Shown here: positions 1 to 10,834 of the stretch, in pieces
Numbering within the stretch: position 1 is the stretch's first letter
Layout: each line of letters begins with the position of its first letter
Assembly: GCA_963823665.1 (NCBI GenBank)
Contig: CAWGMQ010000011.1
Location: 960,001-1,024,000, forward strand
Origin: an uncultured Planctomycetota bacterium
GTDB taxonomy: Bacteria > Planctomycetota > Planctomycetia > Isosphaerales > Isosphaeraceae
Reading direction: 5' to 3'
DNA: 64,000 nucleotides
Program-made: the position numbers and the translations under genes
The notes under the pieces: model-generated
Databases searched by the model: none
What the model was told of the DNA's origin: nothing
The model's input: only the letters and a program-made list of their open reading frames with translations

Positions 1-436
1 GGGACGGCCGGCTGCGCTGGCCGATCCTCGTCTTGGTGCCGGCATGCGTGGTCATGACAGGACTATTCGGCCGTTCGCTCAGGCGCCGTTGCGGCGAGAA
101 CTTTGACATGTGGGTGGGGCTGCCGCATCGAGACCCGACAGCGGCAGGGAGAAGTTGATTGGATCGTGCCGCGTATGAGAACCATGCGGGCTGGGCTGAG
201 AATGAAGAAGGAAGACAGGAGAGATCAGCTCAGTCGCAGTCTAACCAAATGGGAAGGCGAAGGTGATCCGGAGTTTTCTTGCGACGAAACCAGATCAACC
301 AGCGAATTTCGGGCTCGGCCTGGTACAACCTCGGCCTGGCCGGACCACTCCCGCCGTCGGGCGGGCAGGCGGTCGAATCTAGCTGCGTCCCGGTTTCCGC
401 TCCGTGCCAAACTGGATCGCCCCGCACCGGAGGCCA

Positions 437-1802
437 TCAGGCCAGCGTCCATCCCTTGCGATATTCGCGGCGGATGAAAGGGTCGGCCTCGGGGGTGCCG
501 GTGGCGGAGAGTTTGGCGGGGTCCCAATCGAGCCTGTTGCCGGCACGATAGGCGACGTTTCCCAGGTGATTGGCCTCGGTAAGCCACGCGGCGTACTCGA
601 AGTTGCAGGTCGTCGGCGAGCCGGTCTTGCAGGCGAGGATCCACTCGGCGTGGTGGCCGATCGACCCGGGGATAGACGGCTTGGGACGGACGAAGTCGCG
701 AAAGTCTTTCTCGGGCAGCAGCACGTGCTTGCCGTAGTCGGCCAGGAGCATGCCGTTGGCCCCTTCGAACAGAGTTCCGCTGTCCTGGCTCTTGGGGATC
801 GCGCCGGTCTTCGACAACTCCGGTTTCTCTTCACCCTGGTACCAGTGGAGACTCACCGGTGGCGTGTCGTCACGCGGCCCGTATTGATAGGTCACGCGCA
901 ATGTGGCCGGAGCGATCTCAGGGTGGGCCTTGGGCCCGAACGCCTCGATGGTCCGCGGGAATTTCAGCTTTAACGCCCAGAAGGGCAAGTCGTTGTAGTG
1001 GCTGCCGAGGTCGCTCATGGTGCCGTTGCCGAAGTCCCACCATCGGTACCATTTCGGACCCGGCACGTAAACCTCATGGAACGGCCGCACTGGCGCGGGG
1101 CCGAGCCAGAGGTCCCAATCCAATCCCTTTGGAACGGGAGAGGCTTCCGTGGGCCGCTCGGTCACGTAGACGATGTCCTGGTTCCGCTGGGCCGCCTCAG
1201 TCGACTGAAGCCCCCAGGCCCGACCGACCCAGACGTGGACGTCGTGCACTGGCCCGATCGCGCCGGACTGGATCAGCTCGACGACGCGGCGGTAATTGTC
1301 GGTGGCGTGGATTTGCGTCCCCATCTGAGTGGCGACCTTAGCAGTCGCCGCGGCTTCGGGGATCACCCGGGCCTCCCAGACGTTATGGGTGAGCGGCTTC
1401 TCGCAATAGACGTGTTTGCCCATTTGCAAGGCCGGCAATGTGGCGAACGCGTGGGTATGCTCGGTGGTGCTCACGACCACCGCGTCGAATTCGGAGGCGT
1501 GGTCGTAAAGCTTGCGAAAGTCACGCAGACGGCGGGCTCGGGGATGATGTCGCGCCGGCCTGCTCGAGCGCTGGCTCGAAGACGTCGCACAACGCCACGA
1601 TGTTCTCTGAGGAAACGCCGCCAAGATTGGACGCGCCTCGGCCCCCTACGCCAATCACGGCGATATTCAACTTCTCGTTGAGGTTCCGGCCACGCAGGAT
1701 CGCCGGCGCAGAAAAGACACCCGCGGCTGCGCCCGCTACTCTCAGCCCGAACTGCCGGCGCGTCGGCTCCGCGCCGCGAATGGAGGATGAGGTCTCGCAC
1801 AT
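437..1802 (-). CDS. Gfo/Idh/MocA-family oxidoreductase with Tat signal (one frameshift near 1540)
   Basis: N-terminus MCETSS...TRRQFG (twin Arg) and [11 protein letters not shown] lie in ORF 1521..2117. [15 protein letters not shown] and [10 protein letters not shown] lie in ORF 437..1624. Confidence 0.9.
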
Positions 1803-1861
1803 GATGGTTTCTCCTCGGTGATACCCTCGATCGATCGATTGGCGACGGTCGTCCACGGTGG

Positions 1862-2075
1862 TCAGCCGCCCAGCTCCGGGATCGGCCGGCCGCCTTCCGT
1901 GAAGATGGGGTTGGGCCGTCCCAGCGGGTCGGTCCAGTGGGCAGCGAGGTCGATCCCAAGGTGGCGGAAGACGGTGGCCCCGAGGTCGCTCGGGGTTACC
2001 CGGCCGGTGCAGATCTCGGAGCCGGTGCGGTCGGTGCTGCCGATCGTCTGGCCATACGCCAGCCCGCCGCCGGCT
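1862..2075 (-). pseudogene. C-terminal fragment of a DUF1501-like protein
   Basis: GGGLAYGQTIGSTD...VTPSDLGATVFRHLGID...GRPIPEL resembles the DUF1501 C-terminus; no upstream body is present. Confidence 0.65.
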
Positions 2076-2384
2076 GTAGCGGGTTGCCGCAAGCGGCGCC
2101 GGCGTGCTCGGCGTCATGATACCGGTGGGACTGGGCTGGGTCGATCACGGCGAGTCTCCTGCCGGGTATCCCAAACACACCTGATGATACAATGAGCGCG
2201 GCTCATCATCGAGTGCCAACAAGTCGTCCGGCGATTGCACGACTTGATCGTGACGAGGCACGCGCCGTCTTCAGCCGCCATGGCGGATCGCCTGCCTCAA
2301 TGGCGTGAATGATTTTGGTGACTTCGCGTGTTGGGCGGGGCCGATGATCTATTGAATTGCCAGCGATCAGGTGGAGCGCTTGCT

Positions 2385-2591
2385 TCAGCCGGCCGGCGTC
2401 GCTGGCACCGGCGTCAACTGCTGCAAGTGCACGCGCGCTGCTTCGAGCAGTTGCTCGTCCTCGATGTCCCAGATTTCTTGATCGGCCCAGCCGGCCGCAT
2501 TCGCCACAAGTTGACGCCATCGCCAATCCGGATACCTCTGGGATAGTTCCGCTATCGTCGCCAGTAACCCGGCACGCTCTTGGCTGTTCAT
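2385..2591 (-). CDS. small hypothetical protein
   Basis: MNSQERAGLLATIAELSQRYPDWRWRQLVAN...IWDIEDEQLL reads as a protein-like helical sequence. Confidence 0.55.
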   Translation of the reverse strand: MNSQERAGLLATIAELSQRYPDWRWRQLVANAAGWADQEIWDIEDEQLLEAARVHLQQLTPVPATPAG

Positions 2592-2900
2592 GGCAGACGG
2601 TTGCCGGGGTCCACATCGATGAACTGAGGCATCCTTTTGCGTGCCGCCCTCGCAGCTCGGATCCTGCCAGCAACACCAATAGAATTCTACCGCTTCAAAC
2701 CAATTACCGCCATCGTCGCAACGTGTCATTGCGCACAGCCGCCTTGCCTTCCCCGCGCCGGAAATGCGTCGCAGTCCTCACGTCGCTCAGCGGAGCGCTT
2801 CACTGGGTGGAACCGGAGTGAGCCCGACCAGGGGCGATGCAAATCCGCATCCTCGTGTGGCTCCCGTTATCTCGCAGTCGTCGTTCACGACGATCGCGAA

Positions 2901-2928
2901 TTGAGGCGGCGGGAAAACACGCGCGTCC
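2901..2928 (-). repeat. degenerate tmRNA-3'-like att repeat (left island boundary)
   Basis: Minus strand GGACGCGCGTGTTTTCCCGCCGCCTCAA matches the 15699..15727 copy at 23 of 29 positions, including an exact 13-mer. Confidence 0.55.
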
Positions 2929-3183
2929 ATCGTCTTATTCCACCCCAAGTTATCCGAGCGATTTTGGCCCTGATGCGAGTCTCAAGAGAGCCGTAGAGAC
3001 GTTAGGAATATCGCCCTTGGGGTCAGAGTCTGCCTCTCCGACGACGGTGCCTCACCGCTTGAGAACAAGTTCTGCAAATCGGGAGGTAGCGTAAACGATG
3101 CCGCGTCTCTTACACTGGTGTGGCGAATCGCTTTGAAGTCGCGCGGAAGGGAACATCCTTTCTACCGCGGCAAGATTGGTGGC

Positions 3184-3804
3184 ATGCCCGAACTCGACGC
3201 GCAGACGACGGTGCTGATCCAGTTGCTCGATCGCATGAAACGCGGCGATCGCGAGGCGCGCGATGAGCTGGTGCGAGCCTTCCAGGCTCGTCTGGAACTC
3301 CTCGGTCAGAAGATGCTGGGCAAATACCCGGGGGTCGGCCGTTGGGTCGAGGCGAGTGATGTGCTCCAGGACTCCCTCCTGCGACTGCTGCGAGCCCTGG
3401 AGTCGGTCCAGCCCGAGTCGACCCGCGCCTTTTTCGGCCTGGCCGCCGAGCAGATACGCCGCGAGTTGCTGGACCTGGCGCGGCACTTCTATGGGCCGCA
3501 GGGCTTGGGCGCCAACTACGCCAGCGCGGGAGCCGACCCCAAAGCGAGCCGGCCGGGGATCGAACCTGCGGATCCGGGTGACGATGACCTCGAGCGATGG
3601 TGCCGATTCCACGAAGAGGTGACCAGGCTCCCGGCCCAGGAGCGTGAGATCGTCGGCCTAATCTATTATCATGGGTGGACCCAGGCGCAGGTCGCCGAGT
3701 TGTTTCAGGTCAATGTCCGAACAGTCCGGCGCTGGTGGGAGTCGGCCCTCGTGAAGCTGCACCGCGAGCTGAAGGACGAGGAACTGACGGGCAGCCAATC
3801 GTGA
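3184..3804 (+). CDS. ECF sigma-70 factor (kinase-associated type)
   Basis: GDREARDEL, ASDVLQDSLLRL, IRRELLDLAR, and region-4 HTH LPAQEREIVGLIYYHGWTQAQVAELFQVNVRTVRRWW. Confidence 0.92.
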   Translation: MPELDAQTTVLIQLLDRMKRGDREARDELVRAFQARLELLGQKMLGKYPGVGRWVEASDVLQDSLLRLLRALESVQPESTRAFFGLAAEQIRRELLDLARHFYGPQGLGANYASAGADPKASRPGIEPADPGDDDLERWCRFHEEVTRLPAQEREIVGLIYYHGWTQAQVAELFQVNVRTVRRWWESALVKLHRELKDEELTGSQS

Positions 3805-3865
3805 TGGGACTTTGTGTGCGCCGCGGCACGAGCAGGAGATCAAATACGTGGGATGCCACACGACC

Positions 3866-6800
3866 ATGGACGACCTGCTGCGACGCTGGGAGCGCTTGCA
3901 GGAGCAGAACAAGTCCGCCACAATCGAGGACCTCTCTGCGGACGTCGATGAGCAGCCCGCCGAAGTCAGGGAACGGCTCCAGGCTGTCGCGTCGATGATG
4001 TCGTTCCTCGGCATGGGAGCCGAGCCGGGACCATCCGGATCCATCGACGTTCGCCCCCCCGTTCCAGGGGTGCTCGATACCCTCGCGGTTCGCGTCGGCC
4101 CGGTCCCCCACATCCTTCTCCGCGACACCGACGGCAGCCCTGAGCCGCCACTGCATCGCCCGATTGGCGACGACCCGGGCTCGGGCACGCGGTTTCGGAT
4201 TGACGGCGAGATCGCCAGGGGCGGCATGGGATTGGTGCTCAAAGGGCGCGACCCGGACCTTGGCCGCGACGTGGCCCTGAAAGTGCTGCGGGAGGATTTC
4301 CGGGATAACGCCGACATGGTCCGCCGGTTCGTCGAGGAGGCGCAGATCGGCGGCCAGCTCCAGCACCCCGGCGTGGTGCCGATCTATGAGATGGGCACCT
4401 TCGGCGATTGCCGGCCGTTCTTCAGCATGAAGCTGGTCAAGGGGGACACGCTGGCCAAGTTACTTGCCGGCCGTCAGAATCCGGGCGACGGCCTGCCGAG
4501 GTTCCTCTCGATCTTCGAGTCGATCGCGCAAACAGTCGCTTATTCCCACGCCCGGGATGTGATCCACCGCGACCTGAAGCCGTCCAACGTGATGGTGGGC
4601 TCGTTCGGCGAGGTCCAGGTGATGGACTGGGGGTTGGCGAAAGTGCTGCCTCGCGGCGGGATCGCCGACGACGCCGAGGCTGGCAAAGTCCCCACGAGAG
4701 AGACGGTCATCGCCACGGCGCGGAGCGGCTCAGCGGACTCTGACCTCTCGCGCCGGGTCGGTTCTGGGCACGCCGGCCTACATGGCCCCCGAGCAGGCCC
4801 GGGGCGAGATCGACCGGGTCGACGAGCGGGCCGATGTCTTCGCGCTGGGGTCAATCCTGTGCGAGATCCTCACCGGGGAGCCGGCGTTCATCGGACGGAA
4901 TTCGGGCGAGATTCAGCGCAAGGCCGCACTGGGTGACCTGGCCGACGCGATGACTCGGCTCGACGCCGGTGGGGCCGATGCCGAGCTGATCGCACTGGCG
5001 AAGGACTGCCTGGCGCGCGAGCCGGCGGACCGCCTGACGTCGGCGGGCGTGGTGTCCGAACGCGTGACGGCCTACCTGGTCGGAGTGCAGGAGCGACTGC
5101 GTCGGGCCGAGCTGGAGAGAGTCGAGGAGCGGGCCAGGCGGCGGCTGACTACCGTGGTGGCGGCGGCGGTGATCCTGCTGGGCCTGGCCGGCGGCTGCGG
5201 CTATGTCTGGAATCAGCAAATGAGGGCCCAGCGGGTGGCGAAGACCGCCCGGGCCGTCGACGAAGCCCTGACAGACGCAACGCGGCTGCTCGGCGAGGCC
5301 CGGTCGGCGCCGCCGGGCGACGTGGGACGGTGGTCGGCGGCGATGGCCGCGTCCAAGCGAGCCGAGGGGCTGCTAGCCCAGGGCGAGGACCGACGCCCTG
5401 CTGAAGGACCGGGTGGACACCCTGATCGCCGGGGTCGAGCGCGAGCGGGCCGCCGCTGCCGAGAAAGCCCGGCAGATCGAGATCGACCGGGTCTTGCTGG
5501 CCGACCTGGAATCCGTCCGGGGCAGCCGGGTCGATCACCACGAACTGAAACGATCCGACGCCGAGTACGCCGACGTCTTCCGCAAGGCCGGGCTGGACCT
5601 CGACGCGACCGGGCCTGAGGAGGCCGGGAAGTGGCTGACCTCTCGGACCGAACCGATCGAGATGGCCGGCTACCTCGACGATTGGGCCTTCGTCCGGCGG
5701 AGGCTGGGCCGGCCCGAGGCCGACTGGTGGCGCCTGGTCGCCGCGTCCCGGGCGGGCGACCCTGACGCGTGGCGTGACGCGCTGCGGGCGAAGTTCGGCC
5801 GCAACGACGCCGAGACCGTCGCCGAGCTCCGGCGCCTGTCCGACGATCCCAGGCTGGAGGACCAGCCTGCGCCGGGGCTCCTGCTCCTGGCGCGTCAGCT
5901 CAAGTTCGGCTGCGGCGACGGCGCCCGGACCGCGCAGGTCTTGCGCCGCGCCGCGCGACGCTATCCGGGCGACTTTCGCATCCACTTCGAACTGGCCCTT
6001 GCTCTCGGAGCCACAGTGGAGTCGAACGCGTCGTCGAATTATATCTTTCCCGATCCGGATGAGGCCGTGCGGCACTTGACGACGGCGCTAGGCATCCGCC
6101 CGTCCAGTGTCTCTACACACCTCGTTCTGAGCTATGCCTTGATAGCTGGCCGGAAGCTGGAGGAGGCTGAGGCCGAGTGTCGTGAGGCGGTTCGGCTCAA
6201 GCCTGATGATCCAGTAGCGCACGCGAGCCTCGGCGGCGCGTTGGGCTGGCAGGGAAAGAGTCCCGAGAATTTCCGCGAGCTCCGCGAGGCGATCCGCCTC
6301 AAGCCCGACGACGGTGGGATCCACGGGAATCTCGCTATCGCCCTGAGCAGCGCATTGAGATTCGACGAATCTCTCCCCGAATTCCGCGAGGCGATCCGCC
6401 TCAAGCCCGACCTCCACGCGCTCTATCTCGATTACGCCAACGCCCTTCGGCGGAAGACCGATTACGTCGGAGCCCTGGCCGTCATCCGCAAAGCCCAGGC
6501 GTTGAGCGGGCGTTCGCTGGTCGATTACCACCATCCGCCCGAGTGGTTCGCCAAGCTCGAGTCGCTGGCGGCGCTCGACAGCGCCTACCGGCGATCCTGA
6601 AGGGGGAGGACCGTCCCAGGAACGTGGCCGAGCGACTCAGCCTGGCGCAGATGTGCATGGACAAAAAGCTCAAAGTCGCAGCTCTCAGGTTCTGGACCGC
6701 GGCGCTCGAGGAAGATCCGAAGCTTGGCGACAACCGCAAAGCGCAGCACCGATACAATGCCGCCTGCGCGGCTCTGTTGGTCGCGTCGGGCCAAACCAAG

Positions 6801-7091
6801 GACGCCACCCCACTCGACCAGGGGGCCAGGGCCGATCTCCGCCGCCGCGCGCTCGCATGGCTCCGTGCTGAGGTTGCATCCTGGACCGCCGTCTTCGAAT
6901 CCGGCTCGCAGCCGGAACGGGCCACGGCCCTTTCGGTCATCCGGTGGTGGACGCGTGACGTCGACCTGAATTCGATCCGCGATGCCGACGCCCTGGCGAA
7001 GCTGCCCGAAGCAGAGCGAAGGGATTGGCGGAGTTTCTGGAATGAATACGATGCGCTGATGCGCAAGGGCGGCGAAACCAAACCCCGGTGA
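3866..7091 (+). CDS. Hanks-type Ser/Thr kinase with TM segment and TPR repeats (frameshifts near 4750, 5390, 6580)
   Basis: [22 protein letters not shown] and YMAPEQ motifs; TM segment [14 protein letters not shown]; repeated REAIRLKPD TPRs; RYNAACAA. Spread over four consecutive ORFs. Confidence 0.9.
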
Positions 7092-7417
7092 ATTCGGGCG
7101 GGGCTGCGTGCCGGCTTTCCCGACCGAAACTAGCGCGCCCTCGCCGGTCGAGGGCGCGGTGCATTCCAAGCTGGCCCACGGGATGGATCGCGGTGCGCTA
7201 CGTCCTGGACACGGTTTTCTTCATGCGACCCTCACCGACGCCGATGGATCGAACGGGCTCCTGAAACTCTGAGATTGCTATGACTTACGGCGACCACAGC
7301 GGAGCCTGCTCCTGTTCGATCGTGTCCGAGTCTATCCAGCTAGCCGAAAAAACTTCAGCCCGCCGTGCCCTCTTCGGCGATCGGCTTACGCTCCCCAATG
7401 AGGCACCTCTGGGTGCC
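7080..7417 (+). repeat. ~330-bp leader repeat, copy 1
   Basis: AAACCCCGGTGAATTCGGGCG...CTACGTCCTGGACACGG...TAGCCGAAAAAACTTC...GGCTTACGCTC...AGGCAC recurs at 10332 and 12513. Confidence 0.95.
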
Positions 7418-7525
7418 CGGCCGGCGCCGAGGCGAGATTCGGCGGGTTCTGCTGGTTCTGAATTCGAGCTGAGTGCCCGTTTCTGGACCCGAATGGACGA
7501 GAACGCACACCCAAGGACTCTGATC

Positions 7526-9493
7526 ATGAGACTTGCATTTCGCCGCACATCCGGTCGCTCCGCATCGACCCTGGGCCGCGCCCGCCGACGGCGTTGGAAG
7601 CCCGGCTTCGACCGGCTCGAGAGTCAGATCCTCCCGAGCGGATCGATCGTCGCCTGGGGTAACAACTCCGAGGGACAAATCGATGTGCCGGCGGGTACCG
7701 ACTACACGGCGATCGCCGCGGGCTATGACTTTGGCTTGGCGCTGACGTTTGACGGGTCGATCGTCGGGTGGGGTGACAATTCCGAGGGCCAGCTCGACGT
7801 GCCGACTGGCACGGGCTACACCGCCATCGCCGCCGGGAATACTTTCGGCCTGGCGCTGACGTCCAACGGCTCCATCGTCGCCTGGGGAGGTAATGGCAAT
7901 GTGACCGCCCCAGCGGGAACCGGGTACACCGCCATCTCCGCTGGGGCCAGCTTTGGCCTGGCGCTGACGTCTGATGGCTCGATCGTGGGCTTGGGGGATG
8001 ATATCGGCGGGCCGCTGCCGTCAGGGACCGGCTACACCGCCATCGCCGCCGGGAACGGCTTCACCGCGTTCGCACTGGCGTCCGACGGCTCGATCGTGAA
8101 CTTCGGGGCTAACGTACCGGTGCCGGCGGGGACCGGCTACACCGCCATCGCCGCCGCGGCCTATTACGGCCTGGCGCTGACGTCCAACGGCTCGATCACG
8201 GGGTTTGTCGACACTACCGAAAACACGCTGCCCACGGGCATGCCGTCCGGGACGGGCAACACCGCCATTGCGGCATCCAACGACTTCGGCCTCGCGTTGC
8301 AATCCGACGGTTCGATCGTTGGCTGGGGCCTCAATTACGACGGCCAGACGAATACCCCTGCCGGCAGCGACTTCACGGCGATCTCCTCGGGCGGCGGCTG
8401 GGGCCTGGCACTGGAACAGGCATCCCAAGCCAGCCCCACGCTCGTCACGACCGCCAGCCCAGCTACCGTCGCCCTGGGTGACAGCGGCTCCCCGACGCTG
8501 ACCGATTCCGCCGTCCTATCGGGCGGCTCCGACCCGACCGGAACCATCACGTTCACGTTATCCGGTCCGTCGGGCAAAACTGTGGACACGGAGAGTGTGC
8601 CGGTCCATGGCAACGGCACCTACGCCACGCCTTCGGGCTACACATTGCCGGAATCGGGCACCGTGGCCGGCACCTACACCTGGGCCGCAAGCTATAACGG
8701 CGACGACAATAACAATCCAGCGAACGATCAGGGCGGCGCCGAGCAAACGGTGGTTAGCCCGGCCAGCCCCACGCTGGTCACGACGGCCACCCCATCCGCG
8801 GTCACCGTGAGTAATAGCGGAACCGTCACGCTGACCGACTCGGCGACGCTCGCCAGCGGGCACCTGTCCGACGGCCTGGCGAGCTCCATCACGTTCACAT
8901 TGACCTGCAACGGCAAGCCCGTTCCGGCGGCAACGCAGACCGACACGGTCACCCGGAACGGCAGCTATACGGCCCAGTACACTCTGGCGGCGTCGAACGG
9001 CGTGGCAGGGATTTACTTGTGGTCGGCTGTTTACAGCGGCGACGCCAACAACCAAAGCGCCACCGACAACAGCGCCAATGAAAAGACCGTGGTTAGCGTG
9101 ACCTCGCCGACGATCATCGGCGAGAAGGCCGTCTGGCAGCACAAGTTGAACAAGAAAGGCAAACCGGTCGGCAAGCTCGTCCTGCAAGGGTTCACACTCC
9201 AGTACAACCTCGCGATGGGACCGTCCGCCGCGAGTGCCGTCGATTACACTCTGGAGACCATCGTCTCCAAGGCCACGAAGAACAAGCCCGCCAAGGTGAA
9301 GCTGGTCGGCTTCACGGTCACCTATTCCCCTTCCAATGATACAGCGACCCTCAATCTCGTGGGCAACCAGACGTTTGCCAACGGCGGCCTGCTGATCGCG
9401 AGCAGCTCAATCGCCAGCACGAGCGGCGCGACGCTGACGGGAAATCGCTCGTTCTCGATCGGTAAGGGGGGCAAGACCATTGGGACTTCATGA
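7526..9493 (+). CDS. LEPR-XLL-type extracellular protein with RCC1-like repeats, Ig-like repeats and Lys-rich C-terminal domain
   Basis: Arg-rich N-terminus ending FDRLESQILPS; about 7 repeats of GTGYTAIAAG..FGLALTSDGSIV; two ASPTLVTTA..TLTDSA.L.G repeats. Confidence 0.8.
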   Translation: MRLAFRRTSGRSASTLGRARRRRWKPGFDRLESQILPSGSIVAWGNNSEGQIDVPAGTDYTAIAAGYDFGLALTFDGSIVGWGDNSEGQLDVPTGTGYTAIAAGNTFGLALTSNGSIVAWGGNGNVTAPAGTGYTAISAGASFGLALTSDGSIVGLGDDIGGPLPSGTGYTAIAAGNGFTAFALASDGSIVNFGANVPVPAGTGYTAIAAAAYYGLALTSNGSITGFVDTTENTLPTGMPSGTGNTAIAASNDFGLALQSDGSIVGWGLNYDGQTNTPAGSDFTAISSGGGWGLALEQASQASPTLVTTASPATVALGDSGSPTLTDSAVLSGGSDPTGTITFTLSGPSGKTVDTESVPVHGNGTYATPSGYTLPESGTVAGTYTWAASYNGDDNNNPANDQGGAEQTVVSPASPTLVTTATPSAVTVSNSGTVTLTDSATLASGHLSDGLASSITFTLTCNGKPVPAATQTDTVTRNGSYTAQYTLAASNGVAGIYLWSAVYSGDANNQSATDNSANEKTVVSVTSPTIIGEKAVWQHKLNKKGKPVGKLVLQGFTLQYNLAMGPSAASAVDYTLETIVSKATKNKPAKVKLVGFTVTYSPSNDTATLNLVGNQTFANGGLLIASSSIASTSGATLTGNRSFSIGKGGKTIGTS

Positions 9494-9505
9494 GGAGATG
9501 TTTCC

Positions 9506-10179
9506 ATGGCACTCCGCAGACTACGCGACGCGAGGGCGTTCGATGCAAAACCGCGACCAACGAACGCGAACGCGCGGAAGCGGCCGCGGTCCCTTCGCCG
9601 CGTTGAAAAGCTCGAGCGACGCTGCCTGATGGCGTCTCTGAGCCTGCTCAACCCCGCAGCGCTCGAGGGCGCTAACTCCTTTCGGGATTATGCGCCATAT
9701 TCCCCAGGCCTGCCCGGGATTTCGCCCCTCGCGCCGGCCAACTATGCTGTCGTAATCCACACGAGCACCAGCGGCAGCGAAAAGCCAGATTCTCAAGGAA
9801 CCCTAGCGGCGCCGTTGCAGTTCGAGCTCATGCCAGGTCCCGGAGAGACGAATGGGGAAATGGGCGAGGTCGCCCTGACGTCCGCTTATTATCTCTCCTC
9901 AGCGGTGGCGGGCAGCAATCCAAACGCCGGCCAGGCCGTCGAATCAATCTCCGAAACGGTCTCGTGGTCTGGACAGCAAAAGACAATTCTTTCGGTTCAG
10001 CAGGAGGAAGGCAATTATCAGTTCTAGAGTCCCGCTGTGAACACGACACTCGCGGTCCCGATCGGTTCGATCGTCGCGTTATCAGCAACGGACGCGGTCA
10101 GCGCGAAACGGTCCTGGCCGGTATCCCGGCTGCCGACGGTGCGTCGAGCACGCCCGATTACTCGGCGGTCGTCGATTAG
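9506..10179 (+). pseudogene. truncated LEPR-XLL-type protein with a detached C-terminal tail
   Basis: N-terminus ..RRVEKLERRCLMA with RBS GAGGAG; ORF stops at 10027. Region ~10107..10179 encodes TVLAGIPAADGASSTPDYSAVVD*, nearly identical to the end of the 10835..12235 protein. Confidence 0.65.
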
Positions 10180-10247
10180 GGGAGAAGAAGAGAGTTAAGA
10201 GCCGCGGCAGCGAGAACCAACTGAAGAATGGATGTCTTCGACTTCTC

Positions 10248-10343
10248 GCCAAGCTCCCGGAGGCGGAGCGGAAGGAATGGCAGGCAATCTGGGAGCAGGT
10301 TGATGCCTTGGTCCGCAAGGCCGGCGACGCCAAACCGCGGTGA
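10248..10343 (+). pseudogene. 3' tail remnant of a paralogous TPR kinase
   Basis: Encodes [31 protein letters not shown], versus the kinase end [31 protein letters not shown]. Confidence 0.85.
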
Positions 10344-10656
10344 ATTCGGGCGAGGCTGCGTGCCGGGATTCCCGACCGGAAGTAGCACGCCCGCTCCGGT
10401 CGAGGACGCGGCGCATTGCGAGCTGGCCCACGGGATGGATCGCCGTGCACTACGTCCTGGACACGGTCGTCTTCATGCGCCCTCACCGACGCCCTAGATC
10501 GAACGGGCTCATGAAACTCTGAGATTGCTATGACTTACGGCGACCGCAGCGGCGCCTGCTCCTGTTCGATCGTGTCCGAGTCGATCCAGTTAGCCGAAAA
10601 AACTTCGGCTGGCCGTGTCCTCTTCGCAGATCGGCTTACGCTCTCCAATCAGGCAC
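10332..10656 (+). repeat. ~330-bp leader repeat, copy 2
   Basis: Colinear match to 7080..7406. Confidence 0.95.
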
Positions 10657-10834
10657 ACGGCAGAGGCCGGCAGGAGCCGACGAGAGACCCGAGTCACTGC
10701 ATTTGGCGTAGAAGGACGCGAAAACGTCTTATCAGGCACACCAGCTCGCGGCCGGTAACGGCCCGCCGTGGGGCGGTACGCCTCACCACAGACAGATCCG
10801 GTCCGACAGCAACACAGATCGAGGATGTACGCCG

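Noticed and set aside
7134..7158. Perfect 10-bp hairpin as a conserved RNA structure of the leader
   Set aside because: Pairing is broken in copies 2 and 3 without compensatory changes.
7170..7300. VHYVLDTVF...TYGD in the leader repeat resembling group II intron RT (LHYVLD..YADD) or ISAs1 motifs
   Set aside because: Spacing is wrong, stops and indels differ between copies, and no other RT or transposase motifs are present.
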